Positions 39,904-50,138 of a DNA stretch of 64,000 nt are shown here, one piece after another. The position numbers were made by a program, and so were the translations under genes. The DNA is from an uncultured Sediminibacterium sp. (GTDB lineage Bacteria > Bacteroidota > Bacteroidia > Chitinophagales > Chitinophagaceae). Location: positions 61,767-125,766 of the forward strand of contig CAZTCS010000001.1 of assembly GCA_964611995.1 (NCBI GenBank), given 5' to 3'. The notes below the pieces were generated by a model, which made no database searches, was not told the origin of the DNA, and worked only from the letters and a program-made list of their open reading frames with translations. Positions within the stretch are counted from its first letter, which is position 1; each line of letters starts with the position of its first letter.

Positions 39904-40220
39904 TTCTTGGTTGTTTTTAAGGTGTTTAATACTTTATCTAACTGGTTAAAGCGGGTTTCCCATAATTGACGAAACTGTTCGAGCCATTTATCTATTTCTT
40001 TCATTTTTTTAGCATTGAGGGTATAATGAATCTCTCGCCCTGTTTGTGTTTGTTCTACTAACTGACACTCAGCAAGAATGCGCAGGTGTTTCGAAACAGC
40101 CTGTCTGCTTGAATCAAAATGCTCTGCAATGGCATTAGGTGTCATAGCCTGGAAAGCTATTAACGCTATTATTGCTCTCCGTGTAGGATCTGCGATTGCC
40201 TGAAATACATCACGTCTCAT
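39900..40220 (-). CDS. ArsR/SmtB family regulator
   Basis: [27 protein letters not shown]. Confidence 0.93.
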   Translation of the reverse strand: MRRDVFQAIADPTRRAIIALIAFQAMTPNAIAEHFDSSRQAVSKHLRILAECQLVEQTQTGREIHYTLNAKKMKEIDKWLEQFRQLWETRFNQLDKVLNTLKTTKK

Positions 40221-40292
40221 CTTTAAAGGGATTATGATTTAAAGAACGATACCTAAACTGTAATTTTTGAGTTAGCCAAGTATCAACTTTAA

Positions 40293-40337
40293 GAAACCGT
40301 TCGGTTGCAAATATATATGCAACTAATCGGTTTCGCA
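40293..40337. promoter_or_regulatory. Twin putative ArsR operators flanking the -7 element
   Basis: GAAACCGTTCGGTTGCA and TGCAACTAATCGGTTTC around TATATTTG (minus strand 40308-40315), with TTTG 20 nt upstream. Confidence 0.7.
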
Positions 40338-40467
40338 AAATTTTATTTTCTGGTACTGATATGTGCTTGATTAAGTGTTAGTTAGGTATTTTTTGATAAG
40401 ATATTATCCAACAGATTTTAACTGATCAGTTTTAATAGTAACAATTTCCAAAATGTAGGGAATATAA

Positions 40468-40502
40468 AAAAATAGAGCAGGAGAATATCCTGCTCTATTT
40501 TT
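40468..40502 (-). terminator. Intrinsic terminator after bglX
   Basis: AAAAATAGAGCAGG ... CCTGCTCTATTTTT. Confidence 0.85.
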
Positions 40503-40522
40503 ATGCTAAAGAAAGTAATAGA

Positions 40523-42799
40523 CTATTTCAATTCAAACCCTTTTTCTTTTGTATTGGCTGAATTAGATCCTACCATTACTTTAAATTCCCCTGGTTCATT
40601 CACCCATTTCAAACTACCATTATAAAATTTAAGATCTTCTGGTGTAATCGTAAATACTACAGACTTGCTTTCTCCTTTCTTAAGGAAAACCTTTTGAAAC
40701 GATTTCAATTCTTTTACAGGTCTTGTAATGCTACCTACCATATCTCTTATATATAACTGAACAGTTTCCTCACCATCGTAATTTCCTGTATTACTAACTG
40801 TAATGGTAGCAGTTATTTTTTCGCCATTACGCAGGCTGTTGCTGCTCAACGAAAGATCACTGTATTCAAATTTTGTATAGCTTAATCCAAAACCAAAAGG
40901 AAACAGTGGTTCATTACTTACGTCAAGGTAATTGGATTTAAATTTAGCCGAAGGCTCCAGGTTAAATGGTCGGCCGGTATTCTTATGACTGTAATACACA
41001 GGTATCTGCCCAACATTTTTAGGGAATGTCATGCTAAGTTTTCCGGATGGATTATAGTCACCAAACAAAACATCCGCCACTGCATTACCTGTTTCGGTTC
41101 CTCCAAACCAAATGTCTAGCAATGCGTCAGCGTTTTCGGCCTCCCAGTTAAGCGTGAGTGGTCTTCCGTTTAATACCAGAATAACCAATGGCTTACCAGT
41201 TTGTTTCAATGCTTTCAACAGTGCCATCTGACTTTCAGGTATACCAATATCACTTCTGCTGGATGCTTCGCCACTCATATCAGCAGCTTCACCTACCACG
41301 GCAACCACTACTTCTGAAGCTTGTGCCGCTTTTACTGCTTCTGCAATCATTGTTTCCGGACTGCGCTGGTCTTTTTCAATTTCGATTCCTAATGCATTGG
41401 AACGAGCTACCAGCATTGAATCACTACTGATATCAGCCCCTTTCGCATAAATAATTTTTCCATTGCTACCGATCGATTTTTTAATTCCTTCCAGAATCGT
41501 AACTGATTCTTTCCAGTCTCCCGAAACAGACCATGTACCCAGCATATTTCTTCTATTATCAGCCAGCGGACCTACCAGCGCAATGCTTGCAGATTTTTTT
41601 AATGGAAGTGTTTGCGCATTGTTTTTCAGCAATACAAAAGAACGTGTAGCAGCTTCACGAGCCTGTTTACGAGTAGCGGCAGTCATAATTTCTGCACTTG
41701 CGCGTTCATTACTGGTATTGCGGTGTGGAGAACTGAACAAGCCAAGTTTGTATTTGGCTTCCAATATTCTACGGCAGGCTGCATCAATTTCCTGAAGGGT
41801 TATTTTTCCTTCCTGAAGAGATTTTTTAAGTGTGGTTAAAAAACCTTCACCAACCATGTCCATATCCAAACCAGCCTTTAACGAAAGTGCAGATACAGCC
41901 TGTAAGTCTCCCATTCCATGGGCTATCATTTCATTTACGGAAGTATAATCCGATACTACAAAACCATTAAAGCCCCATTCTTTACGGAGCAGATCTGTAA
42001 GTAGCCATTTATTACCAGAGGCAGGTATCCCATCTATTTCATTGAATGAACTCATTACACTTGCTGAACCGGCTTTAACGGCTGCTTTATAAGGCGGCAG
42101 GTAATCCTGGTACATTCTGAGTCGACTCATATCAGTGGTGTTATAATCTCTACCAGCTTCTGACGCTCCATAAAGTGCAAAGTGTTTTACACATGCCAGT
42201 ACAGCATCTTCCTTGGATAAATCATTCCCCTGGTATCCTTTTACCATTGCCGCAGCAATTAGAGAACCCAGATATGGGTCTTCACCTGACCCTTCCGCAA
42301 CACGACCCCAACGTGGATCTCGGGCAATATCTACCATCGGAGAGAAAACCCAGTTAAGTCCATCGGCACTCGCTTCTTTAGCAGCAGTTCTTGCCAGACT
42401 TTCTATCAGGGGCATATCCCAACTACAGGATAATGCCAATGGAATAGGGAAAGTGGTTTTATGACCATGGATAACATCCGATCCTATTAATAAAGGAATC
42501 CCTAACCTTGATTGACTAATTGCCAACTCCTGGGCTTTACGTACTTTTTCCTGACCAACCACTCCAAAAAGTCCACCTACTTTTCCTTCTTTTATTTTCT
42601 GTTCTACATTTTTACTCACTACTTCACCAGTAGCCACACCGCCTCCGGGTGTGAGGAGATTTAATTGCCCTATTTTTTCCTCAAGGGTCATTTTTTTCAT
42701 GAGGTTGTCTACAAATTGTTTCATCCCATCCTGTTTTTGGGCAAATACAGGTGCTGAAATGGTGACCATAATTAGAATTACTGCAAGCTTCTTTATCAT
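40523..42799 (-). CDS. bglX: Periplasmic beta-glucosidase, GH3
   Basis: DVIHG, RDPRWGR..EGSGEDPYL, KHFA, VVSDY, FPFGFGLSYT, Fn3-like tail. Confidence 0.95.
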   Translation of the reverse strand: MIKKLAVILIMVTISAPVFAQKQDGMKQFVDNLMKKMTLEEKIGQLNLLTPGGGVATGEVVSKNVEQKIKEGKVGGLFGVVGQEKVRKAQELAISQSRLGIPLLIGSDVIHGHKTTFPIPLALSCSWDMPLIESLARTAAKEASADGLNWVFSPMVDIARDPRWGRVAEGSGEDPYLGSLIAAAMVKGYQGNDLSKEDAVLACVKHFALYGASEAGRDYNTTDMSRLRMYQDYLPPYKAAVKAGSASVMSSFNEIDGIPASGNKWLLTDLLRKEWGFNGFVVSDYTSVNEMIAHGMGDLQAVSALSLKAGLDMDMVGEGFLTTLKKSLQEGKITLQEIDAACRRILEAKYKLGLFSSPHRNTSNERASAEIMTAATRKQAREAATRSFVLLKNNAQTLPLKKSASIALVGPLADNRRNMLGTWSVSGDWKESVTILEGIKKSIGSNGKIIYAKGADISSDSMLVARSNALGIEIEKDQRSPETMIAEAVKAAQASEVVVAVVGEAADMSGEASSRSDIGIPESQMALLKALKQTGKPLVILVLNGRPLTLNWEAENADALLDIWFGGTETGNAVADVLFGDYNPSGKLSMTFPKNVGQIPVYYSHKNTGRPFNLEPSAKFKSNYLDVSNEPLFPFGFGLSYTKFEYSDLSLSSNSLRNGEKITATITVSNTGNYDGEETVQLYIRDMVGSITRPVKELKSFQKVFLKKGESKSVVFTITPEDLKFYNGSLKWVNEPGEFKVMVGSNSANTKEKGFELK

Positions 42800-42955
42800 G
42801 TCTGAAAAATTAAATTGTGGGCGAAAGTTACTCTGATTCAGCCATAAAGCTAAACTGTTGGCATTTTTTTGACAGTATATTACTATCTAACCAGCAAAAA
42901 CAAAGCCTAAAGATTGTTAACGTAATATCGCTTTGTACATTTTTCTAAAAAAGGA

Positions 42956-43591
42956 TCAAAGAAATAAATAATAGAATACCAGTTGGTGAGCTAAAAATCC
43001 TCCGGTTACAACAATATAGGGCTGGAATTTCTTTCCCTTTGATCGGTCATAAAATATCAATGAAATCAGTATAAAGTAAATTATACTGTACTGAATATGT
43101 TGGGTGGTAAATGAACTAAGTCCAAACAAATTTGGGCCAATGCGGCCAATGGTAGGACCAAGGAATACCAGTGCAGTTCCGATCATATAGCGCATATGTC
43201 TTGCACTGTTTCTTTTATGATATACAGCCAGCGAGTAAAACAGTGTCAGTAATACACAGTCGGCTACTGGAAAAAAATTGTATATCGCAAATTCAGATTT
43301 AGCTGTTCGGATGATCTGTGGAATAAATGACAAAATGAGAAGAGGAAAGATGATATAGGATAATTTTCCTATTTTTCTATGTATGCTAAATTTTTTACCT
43401 GCGGCCAGAAAAGGTTGTATAATCAACATGGTAATCCATATGGTAGCTAATGCAGCATGTATATGTACATATATGGTAATATTTTCCGGGAAATGAGGAA
43501 AGATGCCGATATAGCTTTTGTAGAAACCCGCTATTGATAATGGTATCAGCAAAAGGAAAAAATACCCAAGGTGCTTGTATGATTTGTCCAT
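42956..43591 (-). CDS. Hypothetical multi-pass membrane protein
   Basis: About 6 hydrophobic helices with His residues (VHIH, HRKIG, HMRYM). Confidence 0.75.
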   Translation of the reverse strand: MDKSYKHLGYFFLLLIPLSIAGFYKSYIGIFPHFPENITIYVHIHAALATIWITMLIIQPFLAAGKKFSIHRKIGKLSYIIFPLLILSFIPQIIRTAKSEFAIYNFFPVADCVLLTLFYSLAVYHKRNSARHMRYMIGTALVFLGPTIGRIGPNLFGLSSFTTQHIQYSIIYFILISLIFYDRSKGKKFQPYIVVTGGFLAHQLVFYYLFL

Positions 43592-43613
43592 GGCTTAAGA
43601 TAAAAAATTTTTG

Positions 43614-44387
43614 CTAAAGTGACCAAGCTTCATCAAGCGTAAGTTTGAAAAGACTGTTGAGTTTATCTGTATCAGGCTGCATGTATGTGCCCAGCGTTTT
43701 TACATATTCATTATAGTAGCTAATCCTTTCATCAATGAAAGTATTTAATAGATCAATTCTGGGTCCTTCATTTAACTCTTCACCCATTATTTTCTTTGCT
43801 AATAATTGTGCTATTTCCTTCTTCACCGAGGAATCATGAACCTGACTTTCCACCAGATGCTGAAATTCCATGGGTGCCATGGTATTGGTATGCTTGATCC
43901 ATTCACAAGCCAGTATGGGACGTAATACATAGAAATACTTCTTAACCCTTACAAGATCGCGTTGCAGGTAGTCTTTATAGTTCCCCTCTGCCATGTGCAG
44001 GTAGTGGTGCAAGCATGATTTAGGATTAAAGTATGTTTTCGTTAATTCCCTTAATTGTGTTGCAGTAGTATAATTTTCAGAATAAATAGTCGGGCTTCTT
44101 AGCCATTCCAGCATAGGTGGGTTTGATTTTCGAAATAACCTTAATGCTTTTCTCAGCTCCCAACCAGCGAGATCAATATCATTCGAAAGTATTTTTTCCT
44201 GACTGTCTTTTTTTTCATCAATACTTAAATACCAGTCAGGATGGTGAATATAAATATACCTAACATCCCAATCGCTGTTTGTTGAAGCAAATCCCCAGGC
44301 CCTGCTGCCACTCTCCACAGCATATAAAATTTTTATTTTGTGTTCCTGTTCCAGAGAGGCTAATTCCTGTAGAATTGCGGTTTTCAT
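43614..44387 (-). CDS. Predicted nucleotidyltransferase (YcgL/RlaP-like)
   Basis: ESGSRAWGF...SDWDVR pol-beta motif, WELRKAL, KKYFYVLRP. Confidence 0.88.
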   Translation of the reverse strand: MKTAILQELASLEQEHKIKILYAVESGSRAWGFASTNSDWDVRYIYIHHPDWYLSIDEKKDSQEKILSNDIDLAGWELRKALRLFRKSNPPMLEWLRSPTIYSENYTTATQLRELTKTYFNPKSCLHHYLHMAEGNYKDYLQRDLVRVKKYFYVLRPILACEWIKHTNTMAPMEFQHLVESQVHDSSVKKEIAQLLAKKIMGEELNEGPRIDLLNTFIDERISYYNEYVKTLGTYMQPDTDKLNSLFKLTLDEAWSL

Positions 44388-44649
44388 GAAAGGTAGTTTA
44401 GCTGTGAAGGTTTAATAAAGTAAAATAAAGCCACCTATAATAATTAATGAATCTGCGGCAATGACTCCTGAAACCTGTTAATGCAAGGCCTCGTAATAAT
44501 GGGAATTGAAAATAATAAAAAATATGTGGCGATTGTATTTGACTGCCAATAATCTGTATTAACCATATTATAGCAGAAATCCAGTAGATTCTATTATCCG
44601 ATTTTGCCCATCCCCAAAAAATCATGTTATTTGCACACAAATCAATCCC

Positions 44650-45366
44650 ATGCTTCCTAAGTTTAAGCGTATCCTGCTCAAGTTATCCGGAGAAGCCCTG
44701 CTGGGTGACCAGCGAAACGGTGATCCCTTCAATCCACAGATCATTGAACAATATGCACACGACATTAAACTGGTAACCAATCTGGGTGTGCAGGTGGCCA
44801 TTGTAATTGGTGGTGGAAATATCTATAGGGGCATGAATGAGGCAGATAGCGGTATTGAACGTGCTCATGGCGATTATATGGGAATGCTGGCAACGGTTAT
44901 TAATGCAATGGCTATGCAGGCCATGCTTGAAAAAATAGGCGTTTACACGCGTTTGCAAAGCGCCATTAATATGGAACAGGTGGCTGAACCCTATATACGC
45001 AGGAAAGCATTACGACACCTTGAAAAGGGCAGGGTAGTAATTTTTGGCGCAGGAACAGGTAATCCATACTTTACTACCGATACAGCAGGGTCATTAAGGG
45101 CTATTGAAATGAAAGCCGATGTTATCTTAAAAGGAACCAGGGTAGATGGCGTTTATACTGCTGACCCGGAAAAAGACCCGACAGCAACCAAATACGACAA
45201 AATCAGCTTCCAGGAATGTATTACCAATAACCTGAAAGTAATGGATATGACTGCTTTCACCCTTTGTATGGAAAACAAACTACCCATTATTGTTTTTGAT
45301 ATGAATAAGCCTGGAAACCTGCTAAAAGTGGTGGAAGGGATGAATGTAGGGACTTTTGTAAGCTAA
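44650..45366 (+). CDS. pyrH: UMP kinase
   Basis: [36 protein letters not shown]. Confidence 0.97.
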   Translation: MLPKFKRILLKLSGEALLGDQRNGDPFNPQIIEQYAHDIKLVTNLGVQVAIVIGGGNIYRGMNEADSGIERAHGDYMGMLATVINAMAMQAMLEKIGVYTRLQSAINMEQVAEPYIRRKALRHLEKGRVVIFGAGTGNPYFTTDTAGSLRAIEMKADVILKGTRVDGVYTADPEKDPTATKYDKISFQECITNNLKVMDMTAFTLCMENKLPIIVFDMNKPGNLLKVVEGMNVGTFVS

Positions 45367-45423
45367 TGGCCCATTGGTGTAAAATATAGTTTACCCATCC
45401 GGTCCATTGTTAACTTCATATTG

Positions 45424-46722
45424 ATGAAAAAAATCCTGATTCTAATTTGCTGCGCCACTGCTAGCCTGGGTTATGCACAGGGACGTCTAACTTTAACGGA
45501 TGCCATTCAAATAGCACTTAAAAACAGCCTTGATATTCAGCTTGCCAATAACAATCTGGAAATCAGTACCATCAATAACCATCAGGGTATTGCAGGGGCT
45601 TTACCGACGGTGACGGCTACTGCAAATGATAATGAGCAAATCATTTCTATTAACCAGAAGTTTTCTGATGCTTCCAGAAATACCACAAGAAACAATGTAG
45701 GTTCTAATAACCTGTCTGTAGGTGTAACCGGTACCATCTTATTATCAAATGGGTACCGTGTTGTTACAACTAAGAAACGATTAGGGGAGCTGGTTGCCCA
45801 AAATGAGCACCTGCTGAATGTGCAAATTCAGAATGCGATGGCGGCTGTGGCTACCCGATACTATGATATTGTTCGAAATCAGGGGTTTATCAAAACAATT
45901 GAACAATCGATAGATGTATTTCAGAAAAGGCTCGATATCTTATTGGCAAGAAAAGAAGCTGGCTTATCCAATAACGCAGACATTTTTCAAGCGAGGCTCG
46001 ATCTGAATGCACAATTACAACAGAAACTGCAACAAGAACTTGTCATTCAACAAGGCAAAACCGAATTACTGAACCTGCTTTTCCTTAACCCAGATTCTAC
46101 TATTCATGTTGTTGATACTATTATAGTAGATAAAAATATCCTGTTATCTACGGTACAGACTGCACTGAAAAATAATCCACAATTATTAAGTGCCGAACAA
46201 CAGATAAAAATCAATGAGCTGATTGAAAAAGAAACTGCAGCATTGGGTAAACCAACCTTGCGTGCAAATACAGGATATAATTTTAACAATACAAAGAGTG
46301 GTGCTGGTTTTGCCTTATTGAACCAGAGTTATGGTCCTTTTTTAAGTATTAATTTAAGTGTGCCTATTTACAATGGTTCTATCTTTAAAAAGCAACAACA
46401 GGTAGCCGAAATAAATTCGAGAAACGCTGTTATACAAAAAGAGAGCCTTGTACAAAACCTGGAGACCGGAGCAGTTCGAACTTATCAGGCATACAAGAAT
46501 GCTCTTCAACAATTGGAGACAGAGGTTGAAAACTATAAACTTTCCATGCAATTGCTCGATCTGGTTTTGAAAAGATTCGAACTAAATCAGGCAACCATTA
46601 TAGATGTTCGTCAGGCCCAGCAAAGCTTTGAAGCTACTGGCTTTAGAATGATGAACCTTACTTATACCGCCAAGCTTGCTGAAATTGAATTAAAAAGACT
46701 GGCCAATTCCTTAACACCCTGA
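45424..46722 (+). CDS. TolC family outer membrane protein
   Basis: LTLTDAIQIALKNSLDI, LSVPIYNG, duplicated OEP halves. Confidence 0.88.
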   Translation: MKKILILICCATASLGYAQGRLTLTDAIQIALKNSLDIQLANNNLEISTINNHQGIAGALPTVTATANDNEQIISINQKFSDASRNTTRNNVGSNNLSVGVTGTILLSNGYRVVTTKKRLGELVAQNEHLLNVQIQNAMAAVATRYYDIVRNQGFIKTIEQSIDVFQKRLDILLARKEAGLSNNADIFQARLDLNAQLQQKLQQELVIQQGKTELLNLLFLNPDSTIHVVDTIIVDKNILLSTVQTALKNNPQLLSAEQQIKINELIEKETAALGKPTLRANTGYNFNNTKSGAGFALLNQSYGPFLSINLSVPIYNGSIFKKQQQVAEINSRNAVIQKESLVQNLETGAVRTYQAYKNALQQLETEVENYKLSMQLLDLVLKRFELNQATIIDVRQAQQSFEATGFRMMNLTYTAKLAEIELKRLANSLTP

Positions 46723-46789
46723 TCTAACGGTTATTGGCATCTGTTGAATTTCAGCGGGTATTTTTCTGGCTATTAAACTGTTTGAAATA

Positions 46790-47941
46790 ATGCTACCCAT
46801 ACCAGTAAATTCTAAGCTGCCAAATGTGGGCACCACCATTTTTACCGTGATGAGTCAGTTAGCAGCGCAACATAATGCTGTAAACCTCGGTCAGGGATTT
46901 CCGGATTTTCCGATGGAAACTGCATTAACTGAATTGGTTGATAAAGCTATGCGTGATGGATACAACCAATATACCCACATGAATGGGTATCCATTATTGC
47001 GGGAGCAAATAGCGGCTAAAGTAGCAAGCTTATATGGCACGGGTATCAACCCTGATACTGATATTACTGTTACACCCGGAGGTACTTATGCTATATACAC
47101 TTCTTTAACTACCGTACTACAACCTGGCGATGAGGTTATCGTTTTTGAACCTGCTTATGATAGCTATATTCCCAATATAACAATCAATGGAGCAAAGCCT
47201 GTGCGTATTCCGTTAAATTATCCTGGCTATACGATTCCGTGGGATTTGGTGCGTGAAAAGATAAATCCGCGCACGCGTATGATTATGATTAACTCACCTC
47301 ATAATCCAACAGGTGCTGTACTTTCTGCGGATGATATGAAGGAGTTAACGGATATTGTTTCGAATACCAATATTTTGATATTGAGCGACGAAGTTTATGA
47401 ACACCTGATTTTTGATGGTTTAAAACACGAAAGCATACTTCGTTATCCAGAATTACTCAAAAGAAGTTTTGTGTGCTTTTCATTTGGTAAAACATACCAT
47501 TGTACCGGATGGAAACTGGGTTATTGCATCAGCGCACCTGAGTTGATGCAAGAGTTTAGAAAAGTACATCAGTTTAATGCTTTTAGTTGTGATACTCCTA
47601 AGCAGGTAGCATTGGCAAATTATCTTCAAAATGCAGCGGCATATAATGAATTAGGGGCTTTCATTCAGGTTAAAAGAGATTTTTTCAGACAAAAAATGTT
47701 GGCTACACCTTTTACCTGCATCCCTTCTCACGGCAGTTATTTTGAATGCTACAGTTATGCGGCCATCAGTGATGAACCTGATACTGTTTTTGCCAAAAGA
47801 TTAACCATCGATTATGGGGTGGCAACTATTCCCGTATCTGTTTTTTATCAGGATGGGAAGGATGATAAAGTGGTCCGCTTTTGTTTTGCAAAAAAGGAAG
47901 AGACGCTGGATATAGCTATTCAAAGATTAATGCGATTATAA
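46790..47941 (+). CDS. ybdL: Methionine aminotransferase (class I PLP)
   Basis: SKLPNVGTTIFTVMS, NLGQGFPDF, NSPHNPTG, SDEVYEH, SFGKTYHCTGWKLGY. Confidence 0.88.
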   Translation: MLPIPVNSKLPNVGTTIFTVMSQLAAQHNAVNLGQGFPDFPMETALTELVDKAMRDGYNQYTHMNGYPLLREQIAAKVASLYGTGINPDTDITVTPGGTYAIYTSLTTVLQPGDEVIVFEPAYDSYIPNITINGAKPVRIPLNYPGYTIPWDLVREKINPRTRMIMINSPHNPTGAVLSADDMKELTDIVSNTNILILSDEVYEHLIFDGLKHESILRYPELLKRSFVCFSFGKTYHCTGWKLGYCISAPELMQEFRKVHQFNAFSCDTPKQVALANYLQNAAAYNELGAFIQVKRDFFRQKMLATPFTCIPSHGSYFECYSYAAISDEPDTVFAKRLTIDYGVATIPVSVFYQDGKDDKVVRFCFAKKEETLDIAIQRLMRL

Positions 47942-47969
47942 AGGCTCGGTACATTAAAACCGGCATTTT

Positions 47970-48644
47970 TTATTTTTTTCTTGTAGTGCCACTGCCATGT
48001 ACAGAAATATCAGTTATTGCCGGGTTGCCGTAGTAATCAACTGTTCCTGAACCTTCAATATTAATTTTCAGGTGCTGAGTACAATTCAGTTCTATATGTC
48101 CCGATCCGTGAATACTAACTTCAACCTGCTGCGCAGGTATGGCAGCGCCAAACATAGAACCGGAGCCATTGATATGGTAGGCCATTTTGGAAAAAGAGGC
48201 ATTCTGTATTTGAACTTTGCCTGACCCGTTAATAAATGAAGTTAGCTCGGTACCATGCGTGAAATTGCTGATGATAATGTCACCAGAGCCATTTAAATAA
48301 ACTGATCTTATATCAGCTACTTCAATCTTTATTTTAATATTGTCGTTTTTAATATTGTAACTGCTTTTATAGCCAAGTGTTAATTCTCCATTCGTTACAA
48401 CAGACTCATAAATATTGAGCAAATTGGCATAACCACTAATAGTGAGCTTTTGGTTATTTGACTGTACAATTTCTACATCAGCAGAGCCGTTAACACGAAC
48501 CTTTGTGAAGAGTAAAACCTGCCTGTCTTCTGTTAAAACAATTCCTTCTCCAGTTACACTCTTTGTGCAGGATTGCAAAAGGAATACTGCCGAGCACAAA
48601 ATGTAAATGCTTTTTAAATATTTGCTGAATACCGCTTTTTTCAT
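47970..48644 (-). CDS. DUF2807 / head GIN domain lipoprotein
   Basis: Lipobox LQSC, repeated NGSG/HGSG beta-helix units, YYGNP. Confidence 0.85.
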   Translation of the reverse strand: MKKAVFSKYLKSIYILCSAVFLLQSCTKSVTGEGIVLTEDRQVLLFTKVRVNGSADVEIVQSNNQKLTISGYANLLNIYESVVTNGELTLGYKSSYNIKNDNIKIKIEVADIRSVYLNGSGDIIISNFTHGTELTSFINGSGKVQIQNASFSKMAYHINGSGSMFGAAIPAQQVEVSIHGSGHIELNCTQHLKINIEGSGTVDYYGNPAITDISVHGSGTTRKK

Positions 48645-48754
48645 TCTGCAAAATTCAGGAATAGAATAAATGAAAAACTGTTAAGTATGGACAGGCTTGC
48701 TTTTTTGATGATGAACAGTAAATGAGATGGATGAATATTTTTTTATAGGCAAAT

Positions 48755-48791
48755 AAAAAATGCGCTTCACATATTTATGTGATGCGCATTT
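48755..48791 (-). terminator. Intrinsic terminator
   Basis: AAATGCGC-TTCACAT/ATGTGA-TGCGCATTT stem with a minus-strand U tract. Confidence 0.7.
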
Positions 48792-48818
48792 CTTGTAAAA
48801 GTGTGTAATCTGTTTAGC

Positions 48819-48909
48819 CTCTGCGAAACCTCCCTTTCTCCAGTTCTCTGCGGTGATCTGGCCTAAATGTTTATCGCAGAGAACAGGAGAACGCAATGAT
48901 TGCGCAGAG
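48819..48909. repeat. REP-like inverted pair, CTCTGCG/GCGGTGAA family
   Basis: CTCTGCGAAACCTCCCTTTCTCCAGTTCTCTGCGGTGA ... TTATCGCAGAGAACAGGAGAACGCAATGATTGCGCAGAG. Confidence 0.8.
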
Positions 48910-48916
48910 TAACCCT

Positions 48917-50056
48917 TTATCCTATTGCTGCATTCAAATCATTGATGAGGTCATCTATGTCTTCAATACCCACACTCAACCGAATCAGACTGTCGCTTAA
49001 TCCATTTTTAATTCTTTCTTCCCTTGGAATGGACGCATGTGTCATTGATGCAGGATGATTGATCAGTGATTCAACACCACCCAAACTTTCAGCCAGCGCA
49101 AAAACTTTGGTAGAGGATAAAACCCTTCTTGCATTTTCAACGCTATCGTCTTTCAAAGTAAAACTCATCATACCCCCAAAACCACGCATCTGTTTACTGG
49201 CTATTGCATAGCCAGGATGATCCGTAAAACCGCACCAGTAAACCTGACTCACTTTTGGGTGGTTGCGCAGGAATTGCGCCATTTTTTCTCCATTCTCACA
49301 ATGACGTTGCATGCGTACATGTAATGTTTTAATACCACGTAAAACGAGGAAACAATCCATTGGTCCCGGTACAGCACCGCAACTTTTTTGAATAAAATAT
49401 AACTGCTCCCTAAGGTTTGCATCATTCATTACCAGACAACCCTGTATAACGTCACTATGTCCACCAAGGTATTTTGTAGCAGAATGCATTACAATATCTG
49501 CCCCAAGATCGAGTGGGTTTTGTAAATAAGGGGAAGCAAAAGTATTGTCAACACAAAGTAATACACCTGCTTTTTTAGCGATTGCAGCAACAGCAGCAAT
49601 ATCAGTAATATTCATGAGCGGATTGGTAGGTGTTTCAATCCATATGAGTTTTGTGTTGGCCGATAATGCTGATTGAATATTTTCGGCATTGGTAGTGTCT
49701 ACATATTTAAAGCTGATGCCGAATTTTGCAAATACTTTGGTGAACAGGCGGTAAGTGCCACCATACATATCATTAGCAGCTATTACTTCATCACCGGGTG
49801 CCAATAGTTTAATAACGGCATCTGTTGCGGCCACACCACTGCTGAATGCGAGACCAAATTTCCCGTTTTCAATCTGGGCATAAGCGTCTTCCAGTGCTTT
49901 TCTGGTTGGGTTTTGGCTACGGGCATATTCATATCCTTTATTTACACCCGGAGCTTCCTGAACATAGGTAGATGTTTGGTAAATGGGTGTCATGATGGCA
50001 CCGGTAGAAGGATCGGGCTCTGTACCCGCGTGGATGTATTTAGTGGCAAGTTTCAT
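48917..50056 (-). CDS. Cystathionine gamma-synthase/lyase (Cys/Met PLP enzyme)
   Basis: PIYQTST, YARSQNPTR, ETPTNP, VDNTF, HSATKYLGGHSD, ESLGGVESL. Start ATG 50056. Confidence 0.93.
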   Translation of the reverse strand: MKLATKYIHAGTEPDPSTGAIMTPIYQTSTYVQEAPGVNKGYEYARSQNPTRKALEDAYAQIENGKFGLAFSSGVAATDAVIKLLAPGDEVIAANDMYGGTYRLFTKVFAKFGISFKYVDTTNAENIQSALSANTKLIWIETPTNPLMNITDIAAVAAIAKKAGVLLCVDNTFASPYLQNPLDLGADIVMHSATKYLGGHSDVIQGCLVMNDANLREQLYFIQKSCGAVPGPMDCFLVLRGIKTLHVRMQRHCENGEKMAQFLRNHPKVSQVYWCGFTDHPGYAIASKQMRGFGGMMSFTLKDDSVENARRVLSSTKVFALAESLGGVESLINHPASMTHASIPREERIKNGLSDSLIRLSVGIEDIDDLINDLNAAIG

Positions 50057-50138
50057 GGTATCTTTTTTAACTGGTTGGCTTGACAACTTCAGTTGTTTAC
50101 TGTGCTCAATAGGAGGCAGTAGTATCTTTTAAACAGAA

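Noticed and set aside
39403-39969. 188 aa plus-strand ORF and the other long antisense ORFs over rpsB, pheS, the SDR, the hydrolase and bglX
   Set aside because: Fully antisense to well-supported genes and without recognisable motifs
44398-44640. 80 aa minus-strand ORF between the nucleotidyltransferase and pyrH
   Set aside because: Non-ATG start, covers the divergent promoter region, no recognisable motif; not supportable as a gene
50057-50138. SAM riboswitch upstream of the cystathionine gamma-synthase/lyase gene
   Set aside because: Spacer is short and lacks recognisable SAM-I or SAM-II core motifs
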